Position numbers and translations under genes: made by a program
The notes under the pieces: model-generated
Databases searched by the model: none
Told to the model about the DNA's origin: nothing
What the model saw: the letters and a program-made list of their open reading frames with translations, nothing else
Source: an uncultured Thermanaerothrix sp.
Lineage (GTDB): Bacteria; Chloroflexota; Anaerolineae; Anaerolineales; Anaerolineaceae
DNA length: 64,000 bases
Assembly (NCBI GenBank): GCA_964427505.1
Contig: CAYRUO010000007.1
Location: forward strand, 40,406-104,405
Direction of reading: 5' to 3'
Shown: positions 1-9,731 of the stretch, piece after piece
Layout: each line of letters begins with the position of its first letter
Numbering within the stretch: position 1 is the first letter of the stretch

Positions 1-221
1 ATACGCGTCTGGAACGGGGTCAGAAAATAGGCGGCAAAGAAAGCCACCACAGGGATTAAGAGCAGGGCAAGGCAGCCCAGCCCACGCTGGCGACGCTTCT
101 TGAGCGGCACCGGCTGGAAGCGCGCCATGGGCTCGGTCAGGCGCGGACGGGTTTTCTCCGCCTCGGACTCACGCCCCGACATCGGTTGAGTCAGGTTAGG
201 GTCATACCAATACGTAGTCAT
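1..221 (-). CDS. 5' part of a gene for an N-terminally membrane-anchored protein, truncated by the window edge; function unknown
   Basis: Minus-strand ATG at 221..219 translates as MTTYWYDPNLTQPMSGRESEAEKTRPRLTEPMARFQPVPLKKRRQRGLGCLALLLIPVVAFFAAYF..., a basic stretch followed by one hydrophobic helix. It lies 15 nt downstream of the preceding minus-strand gene. It is absent from the ORF track because it is truncated. Confidence 0.35.
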   Translation of the reverse strand, partial: MTTYWYDPNLTQPMSGRESEAEKTRPRLTEPMARFQPVPLKKRRQRGLGCLALLLIPVVAFFAAYFLTPFQTR

Positions 222-235
222 AGCGGTGTGCAATT

Positions 236-1414
236 TTACCGCAAAACGGCACAGGCCTCAAACACCGCGTCCCAGTCTATCTGGCCATAGTACCCGGCGC
301 TAGGTGGGCGCGGCGCCCGGCAATCCGCTACCGGCCGAGCCTCTCCCCTGGAAAGTGCTGCCTGCATCACCTGGACCTGCTCGCCTTCCATCTGGATATA
401 GTAAAGAAAATGGCCATCAGGCGACCAGCGCGGGGCATCTTGAAATGCTTCTTCACCGTTTAGGCGACGGTATGTGCCGCTCCCCACGTCCAACAAATAT
501 AACCGCCGCGCCTGAATGGCGGGATTATCCCACCCCATATAATCCGCATACATTTCCCCGGTCTGGTCGGCGGGCACGCCGGCAAAGGCAATCCACGCAC
601 CCGTGGGTGACCAAGCCACCTGTCCGGGAACAACCGCCTCTGCCGGCACGAGAGTCGAGACCTGATCGCTCTGGACATCATACCGCGCCAGCCGTTTACC
701 CACCAGCACCGAGCGGTAACCGCCATCAGTAAAGACCACCGCCTGCCCTTGGGGTGACCAGGACTGATAGGTCAGGTTAACCAACGCCGCATCGCTTAAC
801 GCCGCTACCTTGCCGCTTTGAACGTCCAAGCACCACAAAGGAAGCCCGTCCGCCGCAATCGAGGCGCTCAGCGGCCCAGACCAAAAGAGCAGGTGGGTAT
901 GATTCGGTGACCACTGCCCAAGCAGGTATTGGGCCCCCGCAAAGGGTGCATCCGGTGCCGGTTTCAGTAGCACTGTGGGGGATTGCGGTTCTCCGGCAAC
1001 GAAAGTTACCCGCCAGATCTCCGCGACTGCCACCGTGGGGGACGCTGCGGGATCACGCCGTACGATGGCCAGGTGACTGGAATCCACCGACCAACGCACC
1101 CCCAAGACGCCGGAGCCCGCCCCAAACACCTCAAGCCTGCGCCCTCCCTCCTCCTCTAACACCAAACTCCCCACCGCCGGATCCACCAACGCCACCCACT
1201 GCCCATTCGGGGCCGGATAACGCTGACGCTCTGCCGCAGCCGCTGACGTTGGGGTCTCAGAAGGCTTTATCACAGTGGGGGATGGCGAAGGCAAGGGTGT
1301 CGTCGCGGAGATCGCAGACGTTTGAGAGGGAGACGGTGTTGCCGTGACCAAAGGCGTTGGAGCACATCCTATGATCAGTAAAACCGAGATCAGAATCGGC
1401 CACCCCCGGTTCAT
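236..1414 (-). CDS. PD40/TolB-like beta-propeller lipoprotein
   Basis: Signal peptide with lipobox (MNRGWPILISVLLIIGC), then a Pro/Thr/Ser-rich linker, then repeated W-SPDG/W-SP motifs typical of PD40 (WD40-like) repeats. GGAGG lies 6 nt upstream of the ATG at 1414; the ORF extends to 1459. Confidence 0.6.
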   Translation of the reverse strand: MNRGWPILISVLLIIGCAPTPLVTATPSPSQTSAISATTPLPSPSPTVIKPSETPTSAAAAERQRYPAPNGQWVALVDPAVGSLVLEEEGGRRLEVFGAGSGVLGVRWSVDSSHLAIVRRDPAASPTVAVAEIWRVTFVAGEPQSPTVLLKPAPDAPFAGAQYLLGQWSPNHTHLLFWSGPLSASIAADGLPLWCLDVQSGKVAALSDAALVNLTYQSWSPQGQAVVFTDGGYRSVLVGKRLARYDVQSDQVSTLVPAEAVVPGQVAWSPTGAWIAFAGVPADQTGEMYADYMGWDNPAIQARRLYLLDVGSGTYRRLNGEEAFQDAPRWSPDGHFLYYIQMEGEQVQVMQAALSRGEARPVADCRAPRPPSAGYYGQIDWDAVFEACAVLR

Positions 1415-1534
1415 GGTTAGCCTCCTTTTCATCGAAATTCTCGTGCTCTGCGCCTCCACTGATTGTAGTCCTTTTAACTTCGCAGGTTAATGTGGACTAT
1501 AATCGGCGTGAAGATTTAGCAACCGAGAGGTTCT

Positions 1535-2326
1535 ATGGTCAAATCACGCATCCTTGAAACCCTGCTTGCCGACCTCCCATCGGATCCTGTGCCGGTGCGT
1601 GGGGTCTATGTAGGCGTTCACTGGACCATGGTCTGCTCACGACGCTGTGGCCTAGCTGCCACCATGACCGCAACTGACGTCCCACACGGCAGCCATCGCG
1701 TGCGCGATGTCGGGCGGCTGCACACCAAGAGCGCTCAGGAACTGGCCGCTTGGTTAACTTCCGCGAACCCCCTCGAAGCCAGCATCGGCCTGGCCGCCTA
1801 TAACTCTCTCCTACCGCTGGAAGGCCTGCCGTTTCAGGAACTCAACGCCGCAGAGGTGCTCAAGCACCGCGGTGCCGGGCGCAATGTGGCCATTGTGGGT
1901 CACTTTCCCTTTGTCAATGACCTGCGTCCTTTTGTCCGCAACCTGTGGGTGCTGGAACTCCATCCCGCCCCCGGCGACTTACCGGCCAGCGCCGCCCCCG
2001 AAGTCCTGCCTCATGCCGAGGTCATCGCCATCACCGCCACTACACTGATTAACCATACCTTGGAAGGTTTGCTGGCATTATGCCCTCCCCAAGCCTGGAT
2101 CATGCTGCTTGGCCCAAGCACGCCCCTGACGCCGCGCCTGTTTGAATTCGGCTTTGCCATCCTGTCCGGCGCATGCGTCGAAGATGAAGCCGCCGCCTTG
2201 CTTTCCATTCAACAAGGGGCGGCCTTCCCTCAAGTGCAAGGGGTGCGTTTGCTCACCCTAGCACGCGAAGATGTGAATCCGAACCTCCGTGGTTCTGGGG
2301 TAAAATCGGGAGCGAACACGCCCTAG
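1535..2326 (+). CDS. DUF364/DUF4213-type Rossmann-like domain protein (putative heavy-metal chelation domain family)
   Basis: Length and motifs (NVAIVGHFPF, ITATTLINHT, GPSTPL) resemble the DUF4213+DUF364 family. Assigned from memory of the family, not from a search. Confidence 0.5.
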   Translation: MVKSRILETLLADLPSDPVPVRGVYVGVHWTMVCSRRCGLAATMTATDVPHGSHRVRDVGRLHTKSAQELAAWLTSANPLEASIGLAAYNSLLPLEGLPFQELNAAEVLKHRGAGRNVAIVGHFPFVNDLRPFVRNLWVLELHPAPGDLPASAAPEVLPHAEVIAITATTLINHTLEGLLALCPPQAWIMLLGPSTPLTPRLFEFGFAILSGACVEDEAAALLSIQQGAAFPQVQGVRLLTLAREDVNPNLRGSGVKSGANTP

Positions 2327-2332
2327 CCAAGG

Positions 2333-3157
2333 ATGAATACTATGTCAACCCCCATTGTGCTGAGCATTGATCTAGACGGCACGCTTCTGATCGAAGAACG
2401 CGAGATACATCCCGAAGATGCCCTGGCTCTGCGCCAACCTCTACCCGTCACCCTGGTGTTTGCCACCGGGCGCTCGCTGGAAAGCGCAAGGCGGGTATTG
2501 GAACGCGCCGGACTCTACCGGGATGAACCCCTGCCTTTCCCTTTGGTCCTGCAAAACGGCGCCGCCATCTACCGCCCCGGTGAGGTTCTCGAAGACTATT
2601 TTCCTATTCCACCTGAGGCCGAGGCCCGCTTGCACGCGCTGGTGCCGCAGTTCCCGGATGCGGCTTTCCTATGGCAGGGTTTGGATGGGGCTTATCTGGA
2701 AGAGATCACACCCTTTGGCCTGCTGGCCGCCGAGCGCTTTGGCTTTCTCCCCCGCCCGCTGAGCGACGCCCCTGCCGGGCAGGGGTTTGGCAAATTGATG
2801 TGCCTCTCCGATCAACGGGAGGTTCTGCAAGCCTTCGCCCAGGCCACTCAGGGTTTGCCGGTCGAGGGCAGTTTCAGTTTGGATGTAATCTATGAGGTGA
2901 CGCGCCAAGGGGTGAATAAGGGATTCGGCTTGCGCGCCCTACTCCAACGTTTGGGACTGGAACACGCCCGCCTGGTTGCCGCCGGCGATGGCGATAACGA
3001 TGTGCCCATGTTTGCCTGCGCAGATCTGGCCGTTGCCCCACGCAACGCCTCACCCTTGGCGCGGGCACACGCCCATCACGTGATTGATCGCCAGCCTCAC
3101 GGCCTTTTTGCGCCTATCTTTGACCTGCTCCGTGCGAAGGGATGGCTGGATCCCTAA
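2333..3157 (+). CDS. HAD-superfamily hydrolase, Cof-type (HAD-IIB) phosphatase
   Basis: HAD motif I DLDGTLL, motif II ATGR, motif IV GDGDNDVPMF; ~270 aa with a cap domain. Confidence 0.75.
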   Translation: MNTMSTPIVLSIDLDGTLLIEEREIHPEDALALRQPLPVTLVFATGRSLESARRVLERAGLYRDEPLPFPLVLQNGAAIYRPGEVLEDYFPIPPEAEARLHALVPQFPDAAFLWQGLDGAYLEEITPFGLLAAERFGFLPRPLSDAPAGQGFGKLMCLSDQREVLQAFAQATQGLPVEGSFSLDVIYEVTRQGVNKGFGLRALLQRLGLEHARLVAAGDGDNDVPMFACADLAVAPRNASPLARAHAHHVIDRQPHGLFAPIFDLLRAKGWLDP

Positions 3158-3999
3158 GCCTCGTTTTCGGCAGGTGCATTCGTCCCACGGTGATGATCCA
3201 AACGGCGGCGCAGTGTTTCCAGAAACTGCGCCGGTGTACACACCGTCCTTTCAAACCCCAGTTGCAGACCCAAACGGGTCAACTGCGGCGGTTCAACATA
3301 GGTTTGGGCTAAAACGTCAGCCATGCCTAAAACCGTCTCTTTCGGCCCGTCGGCCAGCACCTGCCCCTGCCCCATAACTACCACCCGCTCGAAATTCTCG
3401 GCACAGAAGTCTATGTCATGGGTAATGGTGATAATCGTCTTCTGGCGCTGAGAGAGGGCTTCAAGGATGTGCTCAATGCGCCGGATCGTTCGCGCATCCT
3501 GACCGGTGGTCGGCTCATCGAAGATGACAATCGGCGTATCCATTGCAACTACCGAAGCCAGGGCGACCATCTTGCGCCAAGACGGTGAAAGGTCATAAGG
3601 GTTAACCTCGGCCTTGTCGGTCAGTTCGGCCAGGTGCAATGCCTCTTCGACCAATTGCTTGACCCGATCCGAGGGATAGCCTAAATTGCGCGGCCCAAAG
3701 GCTACTTCCTCGGCCACGGTGCGGCAGAAGAGTTGATCATCCGGGTTCTGGAAGACATACCCTACCCGTTGGGCCAAGCGATGCACCTCGACCTGAGAGG
3801 TCTCCCAATCCCCGATCAGCACGCGTCCCTGCGTCGGGCGCAGTAACCCGTTCAGGTGTTTGACCAAGGTGGTCTTGCCGGCCCCATTCTGCCCCACAAT
3901 CGCCACCCGTTCACCGGGTTCGACGGTCAGAGAGACCCCTCGTAATGCCTTGACCCCGCCGGGATATTCAAAATGCACTTCCTCAACGCGTATGCGCAT
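3154..3999 (-). CDS. ecfA: ECF transporter ATP-binding subunit (EcfA-type, second copy)
   Basis: Walker A GQNGAGKTT, signature LSPSWRKMVA, Walker B IVIFDEPT and the ECF-type C-terminal region. It is adjacent to a second ATPase and EcfT. The start was moved to MRIRVEEV; the ORF extends to 4038. Confidence 0.8.
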   Translation of the reverse strand: MRIRVEEVHFEYPGGVKALRGVSLTVEPGERVAIVGQNGAGKTTLVKHLNGLLRPTQGRVLIGDWETSQVEVHRLAQRVGYVFQNPDDQLFCRTVAEEVAFGPRNLGYPSDRVKQLVEEALHLAELTDKAEVNPYDLSPSWRKMVALASVVAMDTPIVIFDEPTTGQDARTIRRIEHILEALSQRQKTIITITHDIDFCAENFERVVVMGQGQVLADGPKETVLGMADVLAQTYVEPPQLTRLGLQLGFERTVCTPAQFLETLRRRLDHHRGTNAPAENEA

Positions 4000-4852
4000 A
4001 CGCCTCCTCGACCGCACGAAAGCCTGCCACCGCCTCATCCAAAGTCACCGGTAGGCGCCGCTGTGGCGGCCAAAGACCCTCTTCAGCGGCACGGCGTGCT
4101 ACGGCGGTATAACGGGAAATCCCGATACCGTACTCCGGCAGACGCGGATCGGTGAGCACCTCCGCCGGTTTGCCGCTGGCGATCACCTCGCCGTCGGCCA
4201 GCGCAATCACCCGGTCGGCATATTCGGCAATCCACTCCACTTTGTGTTCAGCCATGATGATCGTTACCCCCTGGTGTGCCAACCGGCGAATGACCTGAAA
4301 GACCTCGCGCGAGCCGATGGGATCCAATTGCGAGGTGGGTTCATCCAAAACCAGCACCTCCGGCTGCATCACCAGAATCGAAGCCAGCGCCACCCGCTGC
4401 TGCTGTCCTCCCGAAAGAGCGTACGGGGAACGGTTGGCCAGGTCCGTAATACCGGTAAGTGCCATCACTTCCTCAACACGTCGCCTCATTTCCTCCCGCG
4501 GCACACCGATGTTCTCTAAGCCGAAGGCAATCTCTTCGTAGACGGTAAACTTCGCCCCTGAAATCTGGTTGAACGGGTTTTGGAACACCAGGCCCACTTT
4601 GAGCACCCAATCTTCCAGGCGCACACGGCGGATATCTTGCCCGGCAACGCGCACCTCACCACGTAACTCACCCTTGAAAAAATGGGGGATAAAGCCGGCC
4701 AGGGTGTAGCACAAAGTGGACTTGCCCGCGCCATTGGGCCCAATAATGGCTACAAATTCACCCGCTTCCACGGCCAGGCTGACCTCACGCAGTGCCGGGT
4801 GATCCATGGTCGGGTAGGTATAGGTCAGATGCTGTATTTCAATTACGGCCAT
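3983..4852 (-). CDS. ecfA: ECF transporter ATP-binding subunit (EcfA-type, first copy)
   Basis: Walker A GPNGAGKST, signature LSGGQQQRV, Walker B LVLDEPTSQLD. The start was moved to MAVIEIQHL; the ORF extends to 4894. Confidence 0.8.
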   Translation of the reverse strand: MAVIEIQHLTYTYPTMDHPALREVSLAVEAGEFVAIIGPNGAGKSTLCYTLAGFIPHFFKGELRGEVRVAGQDIRRVRLEDWVLKVGLVFQNPFNQISGAKFTVYEEIAFGLENIGVPREEMRRRVEEVMALTGITDLANRSPYALSGGQQQRVALASILVMQPEVLVLDEPTSQLDPIGSREVFQVIRRLAHQGVTIIMAEHKVEWIAEYADRVIALADGEVIASGKPAEVLTDPRLPEYGIGISRYTAVARRAAEEGLWPPQRRLPVTLDEAVAGFRAVEEAYAHTR

Positions 4853-5622
4853 AGCCACCGACTCCCCACCGCCAAGATCAACGCGAGCAGGCACAACCAG
4901 CGCAACGCCCGCTCCAGTGGGCGGTCTTCGATTTCGATCAAACTGGTCTTCGGGCGCGAAGAACGAAATCCCCGCGCCTCAATGGCAATGGCGCGCTCTT
5001 CGACGTCCACCAGCGAGCCAAAGACCAGTGGACCCACAAGGGGCAAAAGTGCCCGAATGCGCCGCCCTAAACTGCCGCTGGTATCCAAACCGCGCGAACG
5101 CTGCGCATCGAGGATCGTCGCGGCTTTGGCCTGCATCTGCGGGATAATTTGCAGGGTAGACGCCAGGATATACGCCACCGAGGCCGGCAGTCCACGCTGG
5201 GTCAGATCCAACAGCAACACCCCCGGGTGCGTGGTGAGCAAGAGCAACAAGAACGAGGATACCATCACCAAGACCCGCGTTGCCGTAAGAAAGGCGAAGC
5301 GCACGCCCTCTAATTTGACGGCGAAAATCCAAAATCCAAACAGGACCGTCTTACCGCCGGGGTAGAACAGGCTCTGCATGACAAAAAGAAAGGCAAACAG
5401 CGGCAAAAGCAAGTTCAACGTCGTGCGCAGAAATTCCCGCCCCACCTGCCCTACAAAGCTCAGCGGTAGCAGGATTAGTAGGAAAAGCAAACTGGGCAGG
5501 AACAACCCGCGTCCCAGAAACGCAACCAGGATCAGCGTGAAAGCCACCACCAGTTTGGTGGTCGGATTCAGACGGTGGAGCGGGCTGTTCCGTTCCAGGT
5601 AAAACGAAAGGCGCTCAGCCAT
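4843..5622 (-). CDS. ecfT: ECF transporter transmembrane (T) component
   Basis: Polytopic protein with the characteristic C-terminal ARG-type motif (AIAIEARGF) and CbiQ/EcfT-like length. It sits immediately upstream of the two EcfA genes. Confidence 0.75.
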   Translation of the reverse strand: MAERLSFYLERNSPLHRLNPTTKLVVAFTLILVAFLGRGLFLPSLLFLLILLPLSFVGQVGREFLRTTLNLLLPLFAFLFVMQSLFYPGGKTVLFGFWIFAVKLEGVRFAFLTATRVLVMVSSFLLLLLTTHPGVLLLDLTQRGLPASVAYILASTLQIIPQMQAKAATILDAQRSRGLDTSGSLGRRIRALLPLVGPLVFGSLVDVEERAIAIEARGFRSSRPKTSLIEIEDRPLERALRWLCLLALILAVGSRWLWP

Positions 5623-5675
5623 GCCTAGGGCTTAAGAGGAATGTGGAATGGTGAAGCACAAAGCGGGAGAGCCGT

Positions 5676-6281
5676 TCAGGCTTTTTTTGGCATGACGTTA
5701 TCAGCGCGCGGGAAACGCATCAGGTAACGCCGCGACAGGCCGCGGATAATGGCGTAGGCCAGCAACGCCGTGGCAATCTTATCCACCGGCTCCACCAGAA
5801 AGTTCGTGCTCAACACTGCACTCACCAAATCCCGCCCGGTTTGGAGCAAAAACGCCGTGATGAACGACGAGCCGCTGGCCGTGATCCCGCCATACAGGTA
5901 AACCGCAATAGGGGTTGAGACCAACGCCGCCGTAATCGCTACCAAGAACCCGGTGATAGCCACCCCCCACCAAGTGCGGAACAAGCCGAAATGGGCGCAC
6001 CACCCCGACACAAACCCGATGAACAGCGCCACCGGGAACCAGGGAAACGCATTGGGGTCAATCAGCAAACCCCAAATGATGTTGGAAAGCGTCCCCGTTA
6101 GCGCGCCGGCCCACGGCCCACAAATCGCCCCCACCAGCACCGTGCCGATGGAATCGAGATAAACCGGCAGGCGCAGTAAAACCACAATCTGCCCGATGAC
6201 CACATTGATAGCAATCGCGACCGGGATCAAGACCAGCGTCATGGTGTTGAAGTCTTTCTTGATCGAATCAATGAGTTTCAT
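5676..6281 (-). CDS. ECF transporter substrate-specific (S) component, substrate unknown
   Basis: ~200 aa, about 6 TM helices, located directly upstream of ecfT-ecfA-ecfA. The start was taken at MKLIDSIKKDF; the ORF extends to 6335. Confidence 0.55.
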   Translation of the reverse strand: MKLIDSIKKDFNTMTLVLIPVAIAINVVIGQIVVLLRLPVYLDSIGTVLVGAICGPWAGALTGTLSNIIWGLLIDPNAFPWFPVALFIGFVSGWCAHFGLFRTWWGVAITGFLVAITAALVSTPIAVYLYGGITASGSSFITAFLLQTGRDLVSAVLSTNFLVEPVDKIATALLAYAIIRGLSRRYLMRFPRADNVMPKKA

Positions 6282-6313
6282 CGCTTCCTCCTTGGGAATA
6301 AATACACGGCGGT

Positions 6314-7270
6314 TTATTCGGGAATAGCACGACAAAGTTGTGCCATTCGCGCCACAAAAAGACTCAGAAAACGTTCGCTATCTACGGTAAGGGCCACCTC
6401 CATATTGGCCGGTTTGCCGGTCATGCGGTAAAAGTCGGCAAAGGTCTTGCCCATGCTGACACCACCGCTGATATCCACATCCACAAAGTGAGCCTCCGTG
6501 CCGACCAGATCCGGCGCAAATGCAACGGCCAGCGCCAGCGGATCGTTGATCACGCATCCCTCAATCTGTTGATAAGCATCATGGAATTCCATATAAAACC
6601 GCGTGGCATCGGCGATAAAACGCGCCACCGGAGAGCCAAGCGCGAGCAGATCCTTCACATGCGCCGGCTTGAGCACCACCTGATAGGTAACGTCTAGAGG
6701 CACCAAAGTGATCGGTAGGCCGGAATGATAAACAATATGGGCGGCGTGCGGATCGCAGTACACATTAAATTCGGCCAGGGGGGTCGTATTGCCCTGATGA
6801 CGGATCGCACCCCCCATAATAATCACGCGGCGCAACCAATTCACCAAGCGCGGCTCCCGTCGCAACGCCATGGCCAGGTTGGTCAGCGGACCCAAAGCCA
6901 CCAAGGTAATCTCGCCCGGCGCGGCGCGGGCAGTTTCAATAATCAGGTCTATCCCGTGCCGTGGATCCGGCTGACGTCGGGGCTCAGGCAAACGGGCATA
7001 CCCCAAGCCGGTATCACCATGGGTTTCGGGAGCGAGCAGTAGCGGCTGTACGAGCGGGCGCTCCATACCCCGCGCTACCGGAATCTCCGGCGCGCGGGCT
7101 AAATCGAGCACCGCCAGAGCGTTGCGTACCCCCTGATCCACAGCACAATTACCGAAAACGACACTTATGCCTTCCACCTTCACCTCAGGCGATGCAAGCG
7201 CCAACAAGATCGCCAGTGCATCGTCAATCCCCGGATCGGTGTCAATTAACAGGCGCAACGGTGAAGACAT
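6314..7270 (-). CDS. Nucleoside hydrolase (inosine/uridine-preferring, IUNH family)
   Basis: N-terminal DTDPGIDDA fingerprint of the IUNH family, ~318 aa, with conserved GPLTNLA and CDPHAA-like motifs. Confidence 0.85.
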   Translation of the reverse strand: MSSPLRLLIDTDPGIDDALAILLALASPEVKVEGISVVFGNCAVDQGVRNALAVLDLARAPEIPVARGMERPLVQPLLLAPETHGDTGLGYARLPEPRRQPDPRHGIDLIIETARAAPGEITLVALGPLTNLAMALRREPRLVNWLRRVIIMGGAIRHQGNTTPLAEFNVYCDPHAAHIVYHSGLPITLVPLDVTYQVVLKPAHVKDLLALGSPVARFIADATRFYMEFHDAYQQIEGCVINDPLALAVAFAPDLVGTEAHFVDVDISGGVSMGKTFADFYRMTGKPANMEVALTVDSERFLSLFVARMAQLCRAIPE

Positions 7271-7273
7271 TCT

Positions 7274-7702
7274 TCAATCTCCCTCGGTGACGAAAAGTTC
7301 ATCATAGCCGCTTTCGGGATCAAAACGGCGCTCAAAGCGCACTCCCGGCAGTACGCCCAGCGCAATTTCCGCCGTGGTGTACACCAAACTGCCTTCCATA
7401 AGGTGACCACCCAGGGTTTGCCCCACCGCATCGGAGATGGCAATATGATAGTGAGAACCGTACACAGAAAGTGTGCCGGTCAGCGAAACGATCTCAAACT
7501 TGCCCTCAAAAAGGGTGGAACCGGGTTGATCAGCCAGGCGGAGCGCTGCTCGCCGCAAACTTCCTACACACGTCAGCACGACAGCGGCCTGAACAGCATT
7601 TTCGCGCGCCCAGGCATCCAGAGTCTGCTTAAGGTCCTGACCTGGCCGCAACCGTATAGCGACCACCTGAAGAGGCAGTTGATTCATACTATCTCGGTCC
7701 AA
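7274..7702 (-). CDS. PPC (DUF296) domain protein
   Basis: ~140 aa with a pattern like plants-and-prokaryotes-conserved domain proteins (RLRPGQDL..., SL.G..., HYHIAISD). First gene of the minus-strand operon. An alternative start is at 7687. Confidence 0.5.
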   Translation of the reverse strand: MDRDSMNQLPLQVVAIRLRPGQDLKQTLDAWARENAVQAAVVLTCVGSLRRAALRLADQPGSTLFEGKFEIVSLTGTLSVYGSHYHIAISDAVGQTLGGHLMEGSLVYTTAEIALGVLPGVRFERRFDPESGYDELFVTEGD

Positions 7703-7819
7703 TCATTCGGGGTGACACGGGAGAAAGAACACACCGCACAATCGTGACTATAATTATACCAACACCGCTCACATCGCTTTGCCTTTTCCACAAAGTGAAA
7801 TTTCCCGCCGAGGTCCTGC

Positions 7820-9079
7820 ATGAAACGGTTGAATCGCTCTGTCTTGGGTGCTATCTCCCCTACCTTGGCTCTCTTCATGTTTGCCATGATCTTGGCCAAC
7901 ATCGCCTCGCGAATGGAATCGCCGATGCTCTCGCTTTACCTGCGCAACCTTGGTGCCAGCGTAGAACAGGTGGGCCTTTTCTTCACTATCGGCATGTTTG
8001 CCCCCTTACTGCTCCAGGTTTTCGGCGGCTGGATCTCGGATTCACTGGGCTACCTGCGCACCATCGCCATCGGCAGTCTCATCGGGCTGATTGGTTCGCT
8101 GTGGTTACCCTTTGTACCCTCTTGGGAATGGGCGCTGATTGCCATCATTGCCGCGGCCATCTCCAGTGCGTTGATCTCCCCCACCTTCCGCGCCTTCATC
8201 GCCGAGCACACCAGTGAAAACAACCGCGGCAAGGTATATGGGTTGTTCGATAGCGTCTTCGGCATTGTCAATATTCTCGGCCCATTTCTGGGCGGCTTTC
8301 TGGCCGACCGATTGAGTTTTCGGGGAATGCTGTTGGTTGCAGCAGGGTTTTACGTGGTAGCGACCCTCATCCGCGTGAGCATGAGCCGCCGCGCCCGCGC
8401 CGCCGCCCAAGAGCCAGAAGGACGCCTCAACGTCACCCAACTCAAAACCAACCTGGCGCAGATGATCGGCCTGGCTACCGCCGGCGGCTTGATGACCTGG
8501 ATCCTCATCTTCGACGGCCTGCAGGATTTCAGTTTCCGTCTTAGCGATCAGTTCTACCCCATCTACCTTAAAGATCTCTACGGCTATACGACCACCAGCG
8601 TCGGGTCGCTCTATACCATTATGGGCATCGCCGCGGCGTTGTTCAATACCGCGGGTGGCTGGATCTCCGACCGCTTCGGCGAACGTTGGGGCCTGGTGGG
8701 TGGATTGGGTATCTTCGCCGTCGCGACCGTCCTCTTCCTGGGCGGGCCGGCGTTCCCCCTGCAAGCCCTGGTATGGGGCATGTTCGGTTTAGGCCAAGCC
8801 CTTTATGCCCCGGCCTTCAATGCCCTGATCTCCAAGGTTGCTCCACGCCATCTGCGCGGCTTAGCCTTCGGATTGCTCTCGACAACGTTGGGCTTATTCT
8901 CCCTGCCGGCACCGTACCTGGGCGGTTTGATGTGGGAAAAATGGAGTCCTTTTTGGCCGTTTATCGTCAACGCCGTTATGTTGGTCATTACTCTACCGAT
9001 CATCTGGATAACCATCCGCCCACAGCGCATCCAGCAAGAGCAAAACCGCGCCGCAGCACTGCTTAAAGAACACGCCTAA
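7820..9079 (+). CDS. MFS transporter
   Basis: 419 aa, about 12 hydrophobic segments, MFS-like loop 2-3 motif (GGWISDSLGYLR) repeated in the second half (GGWISDRFGERW). Confidence 0.75.
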   Translation: MKRLNRSVLGAISPTLALFMFAMILANIASRMESPMLSLYLRNLGASVEQVGLFFTIGMFAPLLLQVFGGWISDSLGYLRTIAIGSLIGLIGSLWLPFVPSWEWALIAIIAAAISSALISPTFRAFIAEHTSENNRGKVYGLFDSVFGIVNILGPFLGGFLADRLSFRGMLLVAAGFYVVATLIRVSMSRRARAAAQEPEGRLNVTQLKTNLAQMIGLATAGGLMTWILIFDGLQDFSFRLSDQFYPIYLKDLYGYTTTSVGSLYTIMGIAAALFNTAGGWISDRFGERWGLVGGLGIFAVATVLFLGGPAFPLQALVWGMFGLGQALYAPAFNALISKVAPRHLRGLAFGLLSTTLGLFSLPAPYLGGLMWEKWSPFWPFIVNAVMLVITLPIIWITIRPQRIQQEQNRAAALLKEHA

Positions 9080-9205
9080 TCCTCCATACGCTCCAATAAC
9101 GAGGCACTTCTCCCCCCTTGCGGAATGATGACATTTTGCATCGCACAAGGGGATAAAACACACTTCACCCTTATCGGGGAGTCACCTAAAATTAGGGCGA
9201 TCTTG

Positions 9206-9222
9206 TTGCAAATCATTTGCAA
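9206..9222. promoter_or_regulatory. Candidate Fur-family operator (perfect 8-1-8 palindrome TTGCAAAT-C-ATTTGCAA)
   Basis: The palindrome sits 15 nt upstream of the fur start codon. The 7-1-7 inverted-repeat architecture matches Fur/Zur/PerR boxes. Confidence 0.5.
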
Positions 9223-9236
9223 TAAAGGCAAATCAC

Positions 9237-9731
9237 ATGGACTGGATCGCTCAAGTCACCGAACGTTTGCGCGCCACCGGCGGGCGGATGACCGCCCAGC
9301 GCCGTCTGATTTTGGAAACCCTGGCGCAGTGCACCGACCACCCTACGGCAGAAGAGGTCTATCAGCGCGCCCGCCAGCGCGCTCCAGACCTCAACCTCTC
9401 CACGGTGTACCGCACCCTACGCTGGCTGGAAGAATTGGGCGTGGTGGGCTCCCAGCGCTTTGAGGGCGAACGTCCGCAGGATCGGTTCGACCCGGCCATT
9501 TCTGCCAACCCGGATCACCATCATTTTCGCTGTCGCTTGTGCAACACCATTATTGAATTTCCGGCGCCGCTCTTAGATCTGCTTAAGCGCGATTTTATCG
9601 CCCATTACGGCGGCAGTATTGAAAGCGCCTCACTCATTTTTTATGGGTTGTGTCAATCCTGTTTACAAAAGGTGGAATCGTATGGCCCATTGTCATTCAA
9701 CCCCGATGCCATCCTCGATCACGCGCGATAA
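9237..9731 (+). CDS. fur: Fur-family metalloregulator
   Basis: Winged-helix N-terminus (RMTAQRRLILETL...HPTAEEVY), HHHFRCRLC and CQSC metal-site motifs. It lies immediately upstream of, and overlaps, feoB. Confidence 0.8.
   Translation: MDWIAQVTERLRATGGRMTAQRRLILETLAQCTDHPTAEEVYQRARQRAPDLNLSTVYRTLRWLEELGVVGSQRFEGERPQDRFDPAISANPDHHHFRCRLCNTIIEFPAPLLDLLKRDFIAHYGGSIESASLIFYGLCQSCLQKVESYGPLSFNPDAILDHAR

Noticed and set aside
1200-1340. Pro/Thr/Ser-rich stretches in several lipoproteins (also about 30900-30960, 34440-34620, 63270-63350) that look repeat-like
   Set aside because: These are low-complexity linker regions after lipoboxes. They are not tandem DNA repeats, CRISPR-like arrays or mobile-element termini.
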